From: a virus
DNA: 45,338 bases
Virus record (IMG/VR): IMGVR_UViG_3300003973_000003
Location: 1-45,338 of that record
Strand: one strand, 5' to 3'
The position numbers and the translations under genes are program-made. Under the pieces are notes generated by a model. The model searched no databases. It saw only the letters and a program-made list of their open reading frames with translations, and was not told the origin of the DNA. Positions 9,837-19,752 of this stretch are shown here, in pieces. Numbering within the stretch: the first letter of the stretch is position 1; each line of letters starts with the position of its first letter.

Positions 9837-12800
9837 TTAGAAAATACCCATGCGTACCCGCATTACGCCGTTGCCGTCGAATACCGTGATAAGCCGGTCT
9901 GTTATTGTCAGATACCCGTCGCCGTTGTTTGCGCCGGTCATCGTCATTGTACCCGCTTTATCGAGCTTCCATCGCGGTTGATTGTTGGCCCCTAGTGCTG
10001 ACGCCTCAATAGTGTTACCGATTTTGGCGTTCACGATTGAACCGTCCTGTATGATTGCCGAATTCATGAACACTTGGCCACCTTGAACAATGAACGGGAA
10101 TCGACTACTGTTCGGGGTGTTCGGGTCAATGATCGCAACACGGGACGCCGCCAACAGTATTTGAGATTCAATCGTAGTGCCGCTAGTGTTTTCTACACCA
10201 ACACCGATACCGGCCAAGTAATGCCGACCGTCAACAGTTAGTTGCGTTTTAATGGTGTACATTGCTGCGAGTTCGCTTACCAACGCTTCGACTTCGGCAC
10301 TAGCCCCGCCGCCGCTATTGATCTTTTCAACAAGTTCGTGGAACAGTTGCGTTTCTTTAATTTTGCCGGTAAGCGTGTCGAGAATCTTAGCTGCATCTGC
10401 GCTTGCTGTTCCAGCTATGGCAAGACCGTTGTTAAAATACGGGCCAGGACGTCCGGCCTTATCGATTACACGCGCCCAATAGTAGACAACCTCACTTGCC
10501 GACCTGTTCGTATGAACGTAATTGTCGGCAGGATACGGCAATTGAACGAGGCGTAACGCGTTGGTCAGGCTATTTGACGCTGACGCATAGATTTCGATGT
10601 TTTCGGCCATCGTCTGCGCACCGTCGGCGTACGTCCAGCGCAACCCGATTGCGAACAGTTCGGACGACGGGACGAAGGTTGCGAGGCGACATGTGGGCAA
10701 CGTCGTAGCCCTGATTTCGCCATGCCATGTCGCCCACGGCCCAGGTGTTCGCCCTACGCCCCGAACCCGCACCGACCACATACCGGGCGACATGTTCGAA
10801 GTGAGCGACGGTTCGCCGTTTGTACCAAGTGCGGCCCATCCGTCCGAACCATCAAGGCGGATTTCAAAATCGTAATAGATCGCCCCGATAGCGGGACTGG
10901 CTACAATATTCTGTACACCCATTTCGAATGTATCGAACACTTGAACAGTCGCAACGATTGGGGCGGTCGGGATCGTCGGCAAGTTCGATTCAGGCCCAGG
11001 CGGCGGCACGTTACCGCCGTATTCCGCACTGTGTACACTGTCTGCGTAATTGATACATGTAATGTTCACCATTCCGTCACTGGTAGGCGTCGCTGACGTA
11101 ATAAGAGCAAGGATACCTTGTCGGTCAGTAGGGCCGCATTGATATGTCGTGTAATCTTCCCGAATACCGTCGGATATGGAGATAGTTGCAAGTACTGCCG
11201 CCGATTCGTCAATCCGTGCGCCCCATTCGTTTTTGTCCGAACTTAACGACGTCGCCGCCACCATTCGGAACGGCCCTAACGAGCTACCGTTCTTTTTACG
11301 GAACGCTATTACATGCGACTGGCCGTCAGTGAACGGGATAGGTTCAGTAGTTCTAAGCACCCCTGTTGTTTTATCAAGAGACAACACGCGACCGAAGTAC
11401 CCCCATTGCGGTACGTCGTGTGAAATACGGGTGAGGCTGTTATAGTACGGAACCAAACCGGCGCTATGTGTTTGGAACGAAATGTTACGGCGACGGTCGC
11501 GGTTAGCAGCGGCCATGCTGATACCTTCGCGCCATGCTTGCTTGCGGTCGGTACAGCCTTGTAACGTGACGTTGTACGGCTTTAGTTCTGTCGAACCGGG
11601 TAAGACACATTTGATTGTTGCAGGTTCCCATGTTTCACCGTCGATGTATTCCATTACGATATGGTCGGGGGTATCCATGTCGTCAAAGTTATACACAGCA
11701 CGGAACGAGTCTGCAATCATGTTCGAAGGCTGGAACATCGATTCGGGAATAGTCTTGGCTTCGTCACGAACGAAGTCGATAACACCGGCGTAATAAATCG
11801 GAGTTGCGCGACCTACTCGGAGAATTCTAGTGAGTGCGTCCCAGAATTGAATCGTTGTATCAAACACCCCGTTAAAGCCGTCATCACGAGTTGCCCACAC
11901 TTGAGCCAGGGTCGCCAGGGCTTGAATATTGAAACGGTCGGTTGTCAAACCACGGCCGTATACTGGGTTACGGATAGCGTCCGCCGCGATCCACGCGGGG
12001 TTGTCAGATTCGATCAAGCCCGACCATCCGTTCACGGCGTCCCATTTCTGAACTAACCCGGTTGACACGACAGAGAATTTACGCGCTGTTGTGGAATTCA
12101 GAACGTTCGTTGCTTTCATCATTACAGCTATCATCGTTACGTTCGGATACGTAACGTTGCTTGTGACGTACCCGCGCATCGCAAGCCATTGCGTCATTTC
12201 AACGGTGGTATCGTTAGCCGCTTCGGGCGAAACACGACGACCCTGTACCCGGTAACGGGCTTCGGGTACGCTGACTTTGTAAGACTTGTATTGCGGCGTC
12301 GGCGTCGCCATGCTGACGGTATCGCGCAACAGGGTTTTCCACGCGCCGATAGGGCTACCCAGTACGTCGATTTCTTGGTATTCGAATTCGAACGTAACCG
12401 AGTGCGTTTTAGTATTCCCGTTCTTTTCGTCAATGGTGCGCAACCCTTGCGGGAAACAAATATCAAGGCCGATAAAGTTCGTCGTGGAACCTGCGGCCGA
12501 TACGTTGAACGGGCCTAGTGTAGTGAATGACGGACTATTCGGGCCGTACATGGTCAAGTTCTGAACACCCGATGACGTTATCACGTTATCGGGGAATAAC
12601 GTAACTTTGCCACCCGGACGAATGATTTCTGTCTTAGCTTCCGCGAAATCGGCAATGTTTGTTCCATCAACGTAAATGTTCTTTACTGTTGCTTCGCCTA
12701 GAGTAAGCGCGAACAACTGGTACAGGTACTGTTCGTTACCTTGATATTCGGTGTACGGTTGACTAGCCAAGTCGGGGAACGTACGCATTGTTCCATAAAC

Positions 12801-13298
12801 ACGCGGGATCGCTTCCATTAACCGGGCGTTGTTGCCTTGCGCGCCCAGTGAATAAGTGGGGCTGGCCCGGTCACGGTCATTATCCGGCCCTGTAGGTTTC
12901 GGAACCATGTTACCAATTACGGTCAACCCGACGTACGCGGCGGCACCAACGGCAGCAGCAGCGACCAGGGACAGACCGAACGTGAAATATGCCATGACGG
13001 CAACCAGGATCGCACCTAGAATCGTCCCGATGTTCGAACCGCCACCCTTCGGCAGATACACAATCTGAATCAACGATCCGTCGGGCGTAACCGTAGGCCA
13101 GTCTTTTTCGAGAACGTACACACCGTCAATAGTAACGACGAACGGTATCTTACGTTTCGGGAAATCGAACGCGGTCGGCGCTTCGGTAGTAAGACCGCAT
13201 TCTGCGACAAGCTCCCATACCGTCATCGGTTCGACTTCGCGTTTCTCTTCGTCAAGATGAATTCGGAACGGGTTTGTGTGTATGACTAAATTATTCAT
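9837..13298 (-). CDS. Tail tip / host specificity protein (lambda gpJ-like) with an N-terminal gpI-like segment
   Basis: 1153 aa, in the position after the K-like gene. The N-terminal ~120 aa carry GGGSNIGTILGAILVAVMAYFTFGLSLVAAAAVGAAAYVGL (gpI-like Gly run plus TM), followed by a large J-like body. Confidence 0.8.
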   Translation of the reverse strand: MNNLVIHTNPFRIHLDEEKREVEPMTVWELVAECGLTTEAPTAFDFPKRKIPFVVTIDGVYVLEKDWPTVTPDGSLIQIVYLPKGGGSNIGTILGAILVAVMAYFTFGLSLVAAAAVGAAAYVGLTVIGNMVPKPTGPDNDRDRASPTYSLGAQGNNARLMEAIPRVYGTMRTFPDLASQPYTEYQGNEQYLYQLFALTLGEATVKNIYVDGTNIADFAEAKTEIIRPGGKVTLFPDNVITSSGVQNLTMYGPNSPSFTTLGPFNVSAAGSTTNFIGLDICFPQGLRTIDEKNGNTKTHSVTFEFEYQEIDVLGSPIGAWKTLLRDTVSMATPTPQYKSYKVSVPEARYRVQGRRVSPEAANDTTVEMTQWLAMRGYVTSNVTYPNVTMIAVMMKATNVLNSTTARKFSVVSTGLVQKWDAVNGWSGLIESDNPAWIAADAIRNPVYGRGLTTDRFNIQALATLAQVWATRDDGFNGVFDTTIQFWDALTRILRVGRATPIYYAGVIDFVRDEAKTIPESMFQPSNMIADSFRAVYNFDDMDTPDHIVMEYIDGETWEPATIKCVLPGSTELKPYNVTLQGCTDRKQAWREGISMAAANRDRRRNISFQTHSAGLVPYYNSLTRISHDVPQWGYFGRVLSLDKTTGVLRTTEPIPFTDGQSHVIAFRKKNGSSLGPFRMVAATSLSSDKNEWGARIDESAAVLATISISDGIREDYTTYQCGPTDRQGILALITSATPTSDGMVNITCINYADSVHSAEYGGNVPPPGPESNLPTIPTAPIVATVQVFDTFEMGVQNIVASPAIGAIYYDFEIRLDGSDGWAALGTNGEPSLTSNMSPGMWSVRVRGVGRTPGPWATWHGEIRATTLPTCRLATFVPSSELFAIGLRWTYADGAQTMAENIEIYASASNSLTNALRLVQLPYPADNYVHTNRSASEVVYYWARVIDKAGRPGPYFNNGLAIAGTASADAAKILDTLTGKIKETQLFHELVEKINSGGGASAEVEALVSELAAMYTIKTQLTVDGRHYLAGIGVGVENTSGTTIESQILLAASRVAIIDPNTPNSSRFPFIVQGGQVFMNSAIIQDGSIVNAKIGNTIEASALGANNQPRWKLDKAGTMTMTGANNGDGYLTITDRLITVFDGNGVMRVRMGIF

Positions 13299-13681
13299 TA
13301 TTTCAACCTATAATATTTTGCGTTACTGAACCCGATGGCACGTAGTCTGCTGCCGTTTGTCCATATGACCCCGACACCTTCCAGGGCGTGAAGTACCCCG
13401 CCATGAACGTAGATGCCCACATGCGGGGCTGTCCCTCCCCTTAGCAGAACGGCGTCGCCGTCTACGGGGTCAATGACGTTACACCAATCACCGCCCCTTA
13501 ACTTCATTCGAAACAGTTCTGCGCACTCTTCGGGGCATTCGATATCAACGACCGGCATTGAAACGTTGAAATACTTTCGTTCCACATGAACCAATAAGCC
13601 CCAACAGTTAAAACTATTGGGGCCGAGTGCGCCGTTTTCGTACGGAATACCGACATATTCGGCTACGTCTTCGGGCGTCAT
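13298..13681 (-). CDS. NlpC/P60-family tail protein (lambda gpK-like)
   Basis: 127 aa. Catalytic-type Cys in FNCWGLL and His in APHVGIYV. The start overlaps the L-like stop and the stop overlaps the J-like start. Confidence 0.8.
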   Translation of the reverse strand: MTPEDVAEYVGIPYENGALGPNSFNCWGLLVHVERKYFNVSMPVVDIECPEECAELFRMKLRGGDWCNVIDPVDGDAVLLRGGTAPHVGIYVHGGVLHALEGVGVIWTNGSRLRAIGFSNAKYYRLK

Positions 13682-14208
13682 CGCACCAGTCCAGGGAACG
13701 TTGACGGAAGATACTTGACAGCGGGGAACGGCCAGTTGTGAACATCGGACAGCGTTGCACTTGCCGTAACCTGCATGTTCGAAGCTTCCGCGCTCGTTAT
13801 TGTCATATTTATTACCGGCAGTAATTGCGGTTCGGTCGGATCGCTTTCAAGGTACGGGCGGTAAATCATCTGGATATTGCTACGGTCGGCGATAGCCAGT
13901 TCGAGGTAACGCGTGATTTCGCGGCTTACGTTCGCAATCGTAAGTTGCATTGTCGGTACGTCGCCTTCCTTGAACCCGGCTTGTGTCATTTCGAACGGGA
14001 TTGCGTAGAACGTGACATACTCGTTCGGGTTCATTGGCGCAGTACCTTCTAGGCGGGCGCGGAAGTCTTCGAACGACCGAACCATTCGTACGGCAGTCCG
14101 TCGCCCAAATTCGTCAACAAATTTCGGATGGTGTAGTTCAATCGTATCCATCACGATTTCAGTTACGTTAGCCGACGCGTACGCTTCGGCCAGTGCTTGT
14201 TTCATCAT
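13678..14208 (-). CDS. Minor tail protein (lambda gpL position, DUF1833-like)
   Basis: 176 aa with synteny TMP-M-L-K-(I)J. The N-terminus reads ...VTEIVMDTIELHHPKF. Confidence 0.65.
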   Translation of the reverse strand: MMKQALAEAYASANVTEIVMDTIELHHPKFVDEFGRRTAVRMVRSFEDFRARLEGTAPMNPNEYVTFYAIPFEMTQAGFKEGDVPTMQLTIANVSREITRYLELAIADRSNIQMIYRPYLESDPTEPQLLPVINMTITSAEASNMQVTASATLSDVHNWPFPAVKYLPSTFPGLVR

Positions 14209-14216
14209 ATAAACCC

Positions 14217-15032
14217 CTATTCATAGTAACCAACGTAACCGGGTAGCACGTATCCGGCCGCGACATAATCATTGATAACGACACTGTGTTCAATGAATTC
14301 AGTAAGATTATATATCGGTTTGTCGCTAGTCTCCAATGAAAGCTGCGCCCTGAACCACGACGACAGAGAATCAATGCGGGGTTGTCCCGCGAACCGAGTT
14401 CGAACTAGGGTTCGGCCCTGGCCATTCTCGAACGGGAATAGAAAAGTCGAATTTCCACCGTACGTCGTGTTGTCGTAAAAGTTCCTGAATTCACCGAACT
14501 GTTGTAGACTCAAGATTACGCTACCGCTGAACGGGGTGACGTCATCGTGAAAACGCTTACGCATCTGCGGGACGCCTTCAAGTTCCGAAGTGATTATTCC
14601 CGACCGGCTAGTATACGAATAATCGTCGCGCTCCAATGTGGGCAGCGTGATAGGCCATACTGGAATCGTGTTAGGTTGCGCCGCTGGTGCGTTGACCAGT
14701 GTTTCGACTGTAATAGACACGTTCCACATGTTACCCCTTCGGACGACTGCGATTTCGCCGCTAGTCAGTCTACATACGGTAGGGAATCCTATAATGGGAA
14801 CCGTGAACGCTTCGCCAGTCCTGAACACTTGATACTCAAACCACGCTTCGAACAGGCGCAGTTGTTCGTCATCGAGTAGCCATGCCAACTTCATGCCAAA
14901 CGGGGTTTTGCCATAAACGCGGCGGTTCAACATGTGGCCGTCATCCATTCTAGGATTCTTACGCTTTAAAGCGGGGCCAGCGTTGAACCCCTCGCGTTGC
15001 ACTGGTGGCAACGTTGAGGGGAACACTTTCAT
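14217..15032 (-). CDS. Minor/distal tail protein (gpM position); appears to be two tandem related halves
   Basis: 271 aa immediately after the TMP. Both halves share a pattern of the form ...L..Q...F..(W/F)(F/Y)......G...F..P... Confidence 0.6.
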   Translation of the reverse strand: MKVFPSTLPPVQREGFNAGPALKRKNPRMDDGHMLNRRVYGKTPFGMKLAWLLDDEQLRLFEAWFEYQVFRTGEAFTVPIIGFPTVCRLTSGEIAVVRRGNMWNVSITVETLVNAPAAQPNTIPVWPITLPTLERDDYSYTSRSGIITSELEGVPQMRKRFHDDVTPFSGSVILSLQQFGEFRNFYDNTTYGGNSTFLFPFENGQGRTLVRTRFAGQPRIDSLSSWFRAQLSLETSDKPIYNLTEFIEHSVVINDYVAAGYVLPGYVGYYE

Positions 15033-15034
15033 AA

Positions 15035-18000
15035 TTATCGTCCAGTCTTTGCGGTAAGTCCGAATGCACCTTTAGTTGCACCGTGTAATGCACCACGGCC
15101 CGACTGCATTCGTCCTGCAAGTGCGTTTTCAATCGAATCGATTGTAACTACGATATCCATGTTTCCATTTTCGTCTGTAGTTTCTTCGCGTCGAATTTCA
15201 GTTCCGCTTGCGTTATTGATGATATTGACGGTCACATTTGCGCCGCCACCCATGCCCACATTAGCCGCTGTCGAACTTCCGGGGCGATACGTCCCGTTAT
15301 TCATCGCTTCCAATACAGGGCGATACTTGCGCGTTGCGTCGGCGTCACTTACGAATTCTTGACCGTGAACCACGCCCGCAACGTCGCTGCGTCCGCCGTT
15401 GCCAGTGTACCCGCCCTGTTCGAATCCAGCAACACCGGCCAGGGCCATACCCGATGTTAGGGCCGTCGTTGCCGTAATACCAGCCATCGCTGGAACCGAG
15501 TTGCCACCGAAGGACGCCAGGGAAACCAGCGCTGCCGGGGTCGCCCATGCTGCCGCCGTGGTGGCCGCTGCTGCTACTGACATGCCCGTTTGTGCCGCCA
15601 TTGCAGTAGCCCCTGCTGTCGTACCCATCGCAGCGTTAAGGGCGTATTGGATACCCAGTTTAATGAGTGCCGAAATAAGACCCGAAACGATTTGTTGGGA
15701 CAAGTTAGCCATTGCTTCCGACAGGCTGTCGCCGTACACGATAGCTTTACCCATACTGTCGGCAAACCCGTCGGTAAACGTCGTAAAGAAATCGCCGAAC
15801 GAGTTCGTAAGTCCAATCATGACGCCTTCATAGCCCGCCGTAATCCGACCGAGTGACGACGTAATCATGTCTTCGAAACCAGCCGTACCCATCGCCAATT
15901 TCAGGTTAGAGAAATCGACCGCAAGTTTCTGCATGGCGATTCCGTACTGTTCACCGTTCATTTTACCGGACGCCAGCAGTTGATTGTACGCTTGCTGTTT
16001 AGCCAGTAGTTCCGTCTGCTTACCTGCCGTCGTAGCGTAATGATCGTTAAGTACCGCCTGAACGTTAGTCGCCTGTTGCAGCAACGCCAGCTTTTCGCGC
16101 ATTGCGTTGTTTTCTGCCGTCGTCAGGCTTTCACCTTTGGCGCGCAGTTCGTTTTGCTTTTGCATTACGGCGCGTTCGATTTCCTGCTGCGGGCCTACGA
16201 AACCTAACAGCTTTAACTGTTCGTCTGTTTCGCGGTTGAACGAACGTAACGTATCGGTAGCGTCTAACCGCGCCTCCGTCAGTTTACGTACGAATTGTTC
16301 GGCCTTTACTTGCGTAATTGCACCTTCGGACGTAAGGCGGTTCACGGCTTCCATCGCCGACCAGTAGTCGCGCATTGGGCCTAATGCTTCTTCGTACAAT
16401 GCGTCATACTGACGCTGAACAACTTTACCGTTTTCAAGATCGGCTATCTTGCTGCGGATAGTTGCGGCTTCGTCTTCGGTAAGCTTGATCTTCTTTTGAG
16501 CCAGCGCGATTTGTATGTTGTCGAACTGCTGGTCAATCGTGCGGACTGTCGAAAGTTTGAACAAGTTTGCGGTTTGACTGTCGAGTTCGCCGTTTATCTT
16601 AGCCAACACCATAGCTCGCTTTTCGGCTAATTTGACGGCCTTTTCGTCAATAGCTGTTGACTGTTGCGTGACACCTTCGCCGCGAAGTTCGCCGGGGCCA
16701 GTGTTGATACCGACACGGTTAACAGCCATGTCGCGGGCGCGTTTCATGAATGCGTCGGCGGCGTCGCCGATGTAGTCTTTCTGGAACGCTTTAGAGAATT
16801 CGCCCGCAATTTCCGACGCCATGCTGCTGACGCCCTTACTTACGTCCATGCGCGGAAGTTCGAGCGTTACGCTATCGAGCGACTTTGTAAGAGCGTCCGC
16901 CATTTTCGGCGCTAAGTTTGACGCCATACTTGCGATACCACGCAAACCCCATTGCCACGAGTTGACTAGCGTTTCTACGGCACTGGCCCCGAAGTTTACG
17001 ATTTGCGCGAAAACGTCGTTCATCAATGTAGGCAACAATTCCCAGTATTTCAGAATAGCGGCGTTACCTCCGACAAAGAACGCGATAATTCGATTCGTGT
17101 TTGCTTTTGCTGCCGACACGATTACGCCGAAGATATCGCGGAAACGTTCGCCGAAACCGTCCGTCTTACTGTTGATAAAGTCGATTGTAGTGTTCCATGC
17201 GTTCGAAATAAACGACGACGTTTCGCGGAACCCGTCGCCGATATACGACAGCGCGGCGCGGCCGTAATCTTTCAACGTTACGAAACCGTCGGCCGACATT
17301 TTAACTTCGTCGCCGAACGTAGCTATAAGCGCGGTCGCTGTGGTAATGCCCACAATTAACAGCCCGATTGGGTTCGTCGCCAGGGCCAACGACATTCCCA
17401 TGACTGCGCGGGTCGCTGCCGTCATCATCGTTATGAACGCGGGGCCATATGCCACCACCAACAGCGAACCGGCCACCGATGCGGCGACGCCCAACGTGTC
17501 GAAGTTCTTAGCCATCCATCGAACGCCGTTCGAAATCATCGCCATGAAGCCGACTGACTTATCGAGTTCACCAATCCATTTCGTGAAACCGTTGTTCATG
17601 ATTTCAAACGTCTGTGCCAGCGTGAACGTCATTTTCTGATACTTGGCGTCGATATCGGAAGCGCTACGTTCGAATGCGAGGCGAATTTCTTCGGCTGTGA
17701 TCTTGCCTTGAGAAGACAGGGCTTTGAGTTCGCCCCGTGTTTTACCCATACTCTTTGCGATCATGTCAGCGACAACAGGTAAGTTTTCCATAATCGAGCG
17801 GAATTCATCACCTTGCAGACGGCCCGAACCGAAAGCTTGACCCAGTTGCAGAACACCACTTGCGGCTTCCATCGTGGTAGCACCGGAAATAACCGTTGCC
17901 TTGTTCAGAGTTTCAACCAGACGTAACGTTTCTTCCTGGCCCTTACCCATTTGCATCATTGCGTTATCAAACTTTTGGAACGCGCCGGTAGTAGCCGTTA

Positions 18001-18946
18001 CGGACTGCCCCGTTTTGTTTGACAGTTCGAACATTTCTTCGGTAAGACGATTCACGGCCTGTTGATCGACAGCCACGTTTCGCAGTTTGTTTTGCATTAC
18101 CGTATACGCGTCTGCTGTTTTAAGAATCCCTTCGGTTCCCATTGCTGTCCCGACAGTAAGCGCCAACGCCTTAGCGTACGCCATGATCGAAGTTGACGCG
18201 TTCGCCGCCGAATTCCCAACACGGTTTTGCGCTTCCGCCAATTGCAGCGCAGCCAAACGCGCCCGGTCTGCCGCTGCCGCCGCATTCTGAGTCTGTACCG
18301 CCGTTCGCTGTTGTTCTGTCGCAAGGCGTTGTTGTGCTGTCGTCAAGTCAACGGTGGCTTTCTGCGCCCGTGTTTGCGCTTCGGCCAATTTTTGCTGCGC
18401 TGTTAAGGCGTTGGTCTGTGCCATCTGCTGCTGGACAACGGCCGTCGCCGCCTGAGTCATGGCCTGGGTAGTGCGCTGTTGCTCCGTGGCGAGGCGCTGT
18501 GCGGCCGTGGCGGCGTTATTTTGGGCGGTCGTAAGGTTAGCCATACCCTGCGCCGTTTTAATGACTGCCTGGGCCGCTGCCTGTTGCGCGACGATCAATT
18601 GCTGCTGAGTCGCCAGCAATTTCGTCTGTGCGATACTCGCCTGGGCTTGTGCTGCTGCAAGTTTCGCGGCAGCGATTGCGGCCTGATTCGCCGTCTGGTT
18701 GAGAATGACGTTTTGTTGATTTGTCTGAATCTGAACAGTGTTAAGCTGTTGCGAGATACGAACGATGTTCGTCATTTGCTGCGCCAACAGATTCAGACCG
18801 TTACCGTTGAGCGTAGCTAACTTTTGCTTTAGTTTCTCGATATCACCGTGCGCAGTTTTAGCCGCGTTGCCGATTGCATTAAGCTTTACCGAAATGTTCG
18901 GGTCTACCTTGTCGGCGACGATAATACCAATGCGTTCATCTGCCAT
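15035..18946 (-). CDS. Tape measure protein
   Basis: 1303 aa. The N-terminus is an A/Q-rich coiled coil (QRLATEQQRT occurs twice). The core motif reads GDEFRSIMENLPVVADMIAKSMGKTRGELKALSSQGKITAEEI. TM-like segments and a Gly-rich C-terminus follow. Confidence 0.95.
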   Translation of the reverse strand: MADERIGIIVADKVDPNISVKLNAIGNAAKTAHGDIEKLKQKLATLNGNGLNLLAQQMTNIVRISQQLNTVQIQTNQQNVILNQTANQAAIAAAKLAAAQAQASIAQTKLLATQQQLIVAQQAAAQAVIKTAQGMANLTTAQNNAATAAQRLATEQQRTTQAMTQAATAVVQQQMAQTNALTAQQKLAEAQTRAQKATVDLTTAQQRLATEQQRTAVQTQNAAAAADRARLAALQLAEAQNRVGNSAANASTSIMAYAKALALTVGTAMGTEGILKTADAYTVMQNKLRNVAVDQQAVNRLTEEMFELSNKTGQSVTATTGAFQKFDNAMMQMGKGQEETLRLVETLNKATVISGATTMEAASGVLQLGQAFGSGRLQGDEFRSIMENLPVVADMIAKSMGKTRGELKALSSQGKITAEEIRLAFERSASDIDAKYQKMTFTLAQTFEIMNNGFTKWIGELDKSVGFMAMISNGVRWMAKNFDTLGVAASVAGSLLVVAYGPAFITMMTAATRAVMGMSLALATNPIGLLIVGITTATALIATFGDEVKMSADGFVTLKDYGRAALSYIGDGFRETSSFISNAWNTTIDFINSKTDGFGERFRDIFGVIVSAAKANTNRIIAFFVGGNAAILKYWELLPTLMNDVFAQIVNFGASAVETLVNSWQWGLRGIASMASNLAPKMADALTKSLDSVTLELPRMDVSKGVSSMASEIAGEFSKAFQKDYIGDAADAFMKRARDMAVNRVGINTGPGELRGEGVTQQSTAIDEKAVKLAEKRAMVLAKINGELDSQTANLFKLSTVRTIDQQFDNIQIALAQKKIKLTEDEAATIRSKIADLENGKVVQRQYDALYEEALGPMRDYWSAMEAVNRLTSEGAITQVKAEQFVRKLTEARLDATDTLRSFNRETDEQLKLLGFVGPQQEIERAVMQKQNELRAKGESLTTAENNAMREKLALLQQATNVQAVLNDHYATTAGKQTELLAKQQAYNQLLASGKMNGEQYGIAMQKLAVDFSNLKLAMGTAGFEDMITSSLGRITAGYEGVMIGLTNSFGDFFTTFTDGFADSMGKAIVYGDSLSEAMANLSQQIVSGLISALIKLGIQYALNAAMGTTAGATAMAAQTGMSVAAAATTAAAWATPAALVSLASFGGNSVPAMAGITATTALTSGMALAGVAGFEQGGYTGNGGRSDVAGVVHGQEFVSDADATRKYRPVLEAMNNGTYRPGSSTAANVGMGGGANVTVNIINNASGTEIRREETTDENGNMDIVVTIDSIENALAGRMQSGRGALHGATKGAFGLTAKTGR

Positions 18947-18956
18947 TAGTTCACCT

Positions 18957-19388
18957 CTATAAGTTTAATTTATACGTAGCCACTTTATTACGGCCCCGCA
19001 TTGCGGCCCTTTCTACAAAGCCAGCTGGTTCCTGCTTAGAACTTCCGTTGTTCAAGTCTCGGATATACGGGGCGTTATTCCCGATATAGACCAGTTGCCC
19101 CGGACGTTTCATTGCAAGGGCCGCTTGTGCTGCCGCCAGGGTTGCAGCCCGTGACGCCGTTGCAGTGTATCCGAAATAACCCGGAACCCTGGCCCCAATG
19201 TCATTATATGCCGGAACCCCGATAGAAACTATCCAGTTCGATAACGCCTTTGTCGTATCGACCGGAGTCACCATTGTTAATTCAGCTTCTACGAATGCAG
19301 AAACAGAAACAGCGACTTTATTAGCCGCTGTCTCAATACGCTTCGGCATGTCGTCGGCCCATTTAGCCAAGTCCATAAGCGATTTCAT
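18957..19388 (-). CDS. HK97 gp10-like neck/tail-completion family protein
   Basis: 143 aa. TPVDTTKALSNWIV resembles the PVDTGxLRxSI motif, and the later NNAPYIRDLNNG resembles YAxxVExG. ATGA overlap with the upstream ORF. Confidence 0.5.
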   Translation of the reverse strand: MKSLMDLAKWADDMPKRIETAANKVAVSVSAFVEAELTMVTPVDTTKALSNWIVSIGVPAYNDIGARVPGYFGYTATASRAATLAAAQAALAMKRPGQLVYIGNNAPYIRDLNNGSSKQEPAGFVERAAMRGRNKVATYKLNL

Positions 19389-19747
19389 TTTCTAGTTTTC
19401 CATTTCTGTTCTCGTGCTTCGGTTTTAGAATCTTTCTGTCTAGCTTCCGCTAACCTGTCGCAGTGTACTTTGTCGATAGCACGCACGAAGTAAATTACCT
19501 CTTCTGTCTGCCGTTCGCTGAAACAGTATCGTTCGGCGTAATCTTCGATTTGCGAAAGCTTTATTCGAGTCACCGTGTCCACATGTGTTCGTTCGCCGTC
19601 CAGATCGAAAAAAGCCCCCAAATATAAATCTAAACCTAAGATCAATTCGGGGGCTATGTATTTTTCAGGTACTGGTTCGCGTGCATTTACATACTGGCTA
19701 ATCATCTTTTCGGCAATAGGGGCGACCTCTTGCCGAAACGTGAACAC
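19385..19747 (-). CDS. T-part of the tail assembly chaperone; expressed as a G-T fusion by a -1 frameshift
   Basis: The ORF has no ATG at its 5' end (the ORF-track start is GTG) and no SD. It is in the -1 frame relative to 19753..20187 and is entered from the slippery heptamer. Confidence 0.7.
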   Translation of the reverse strand: MFTFRQEVAPIAEKMISQYVNAREPVPEKYIAPELILGLDLYLGAFFDLDGERTHVDTVTRIKLSQIEDYAERYCFSERQTEEVIYFVRAIDKVHCDRLAEARQKDSKTEAREQKWKTRK

Positions 19748-19752
19748 GGCGA

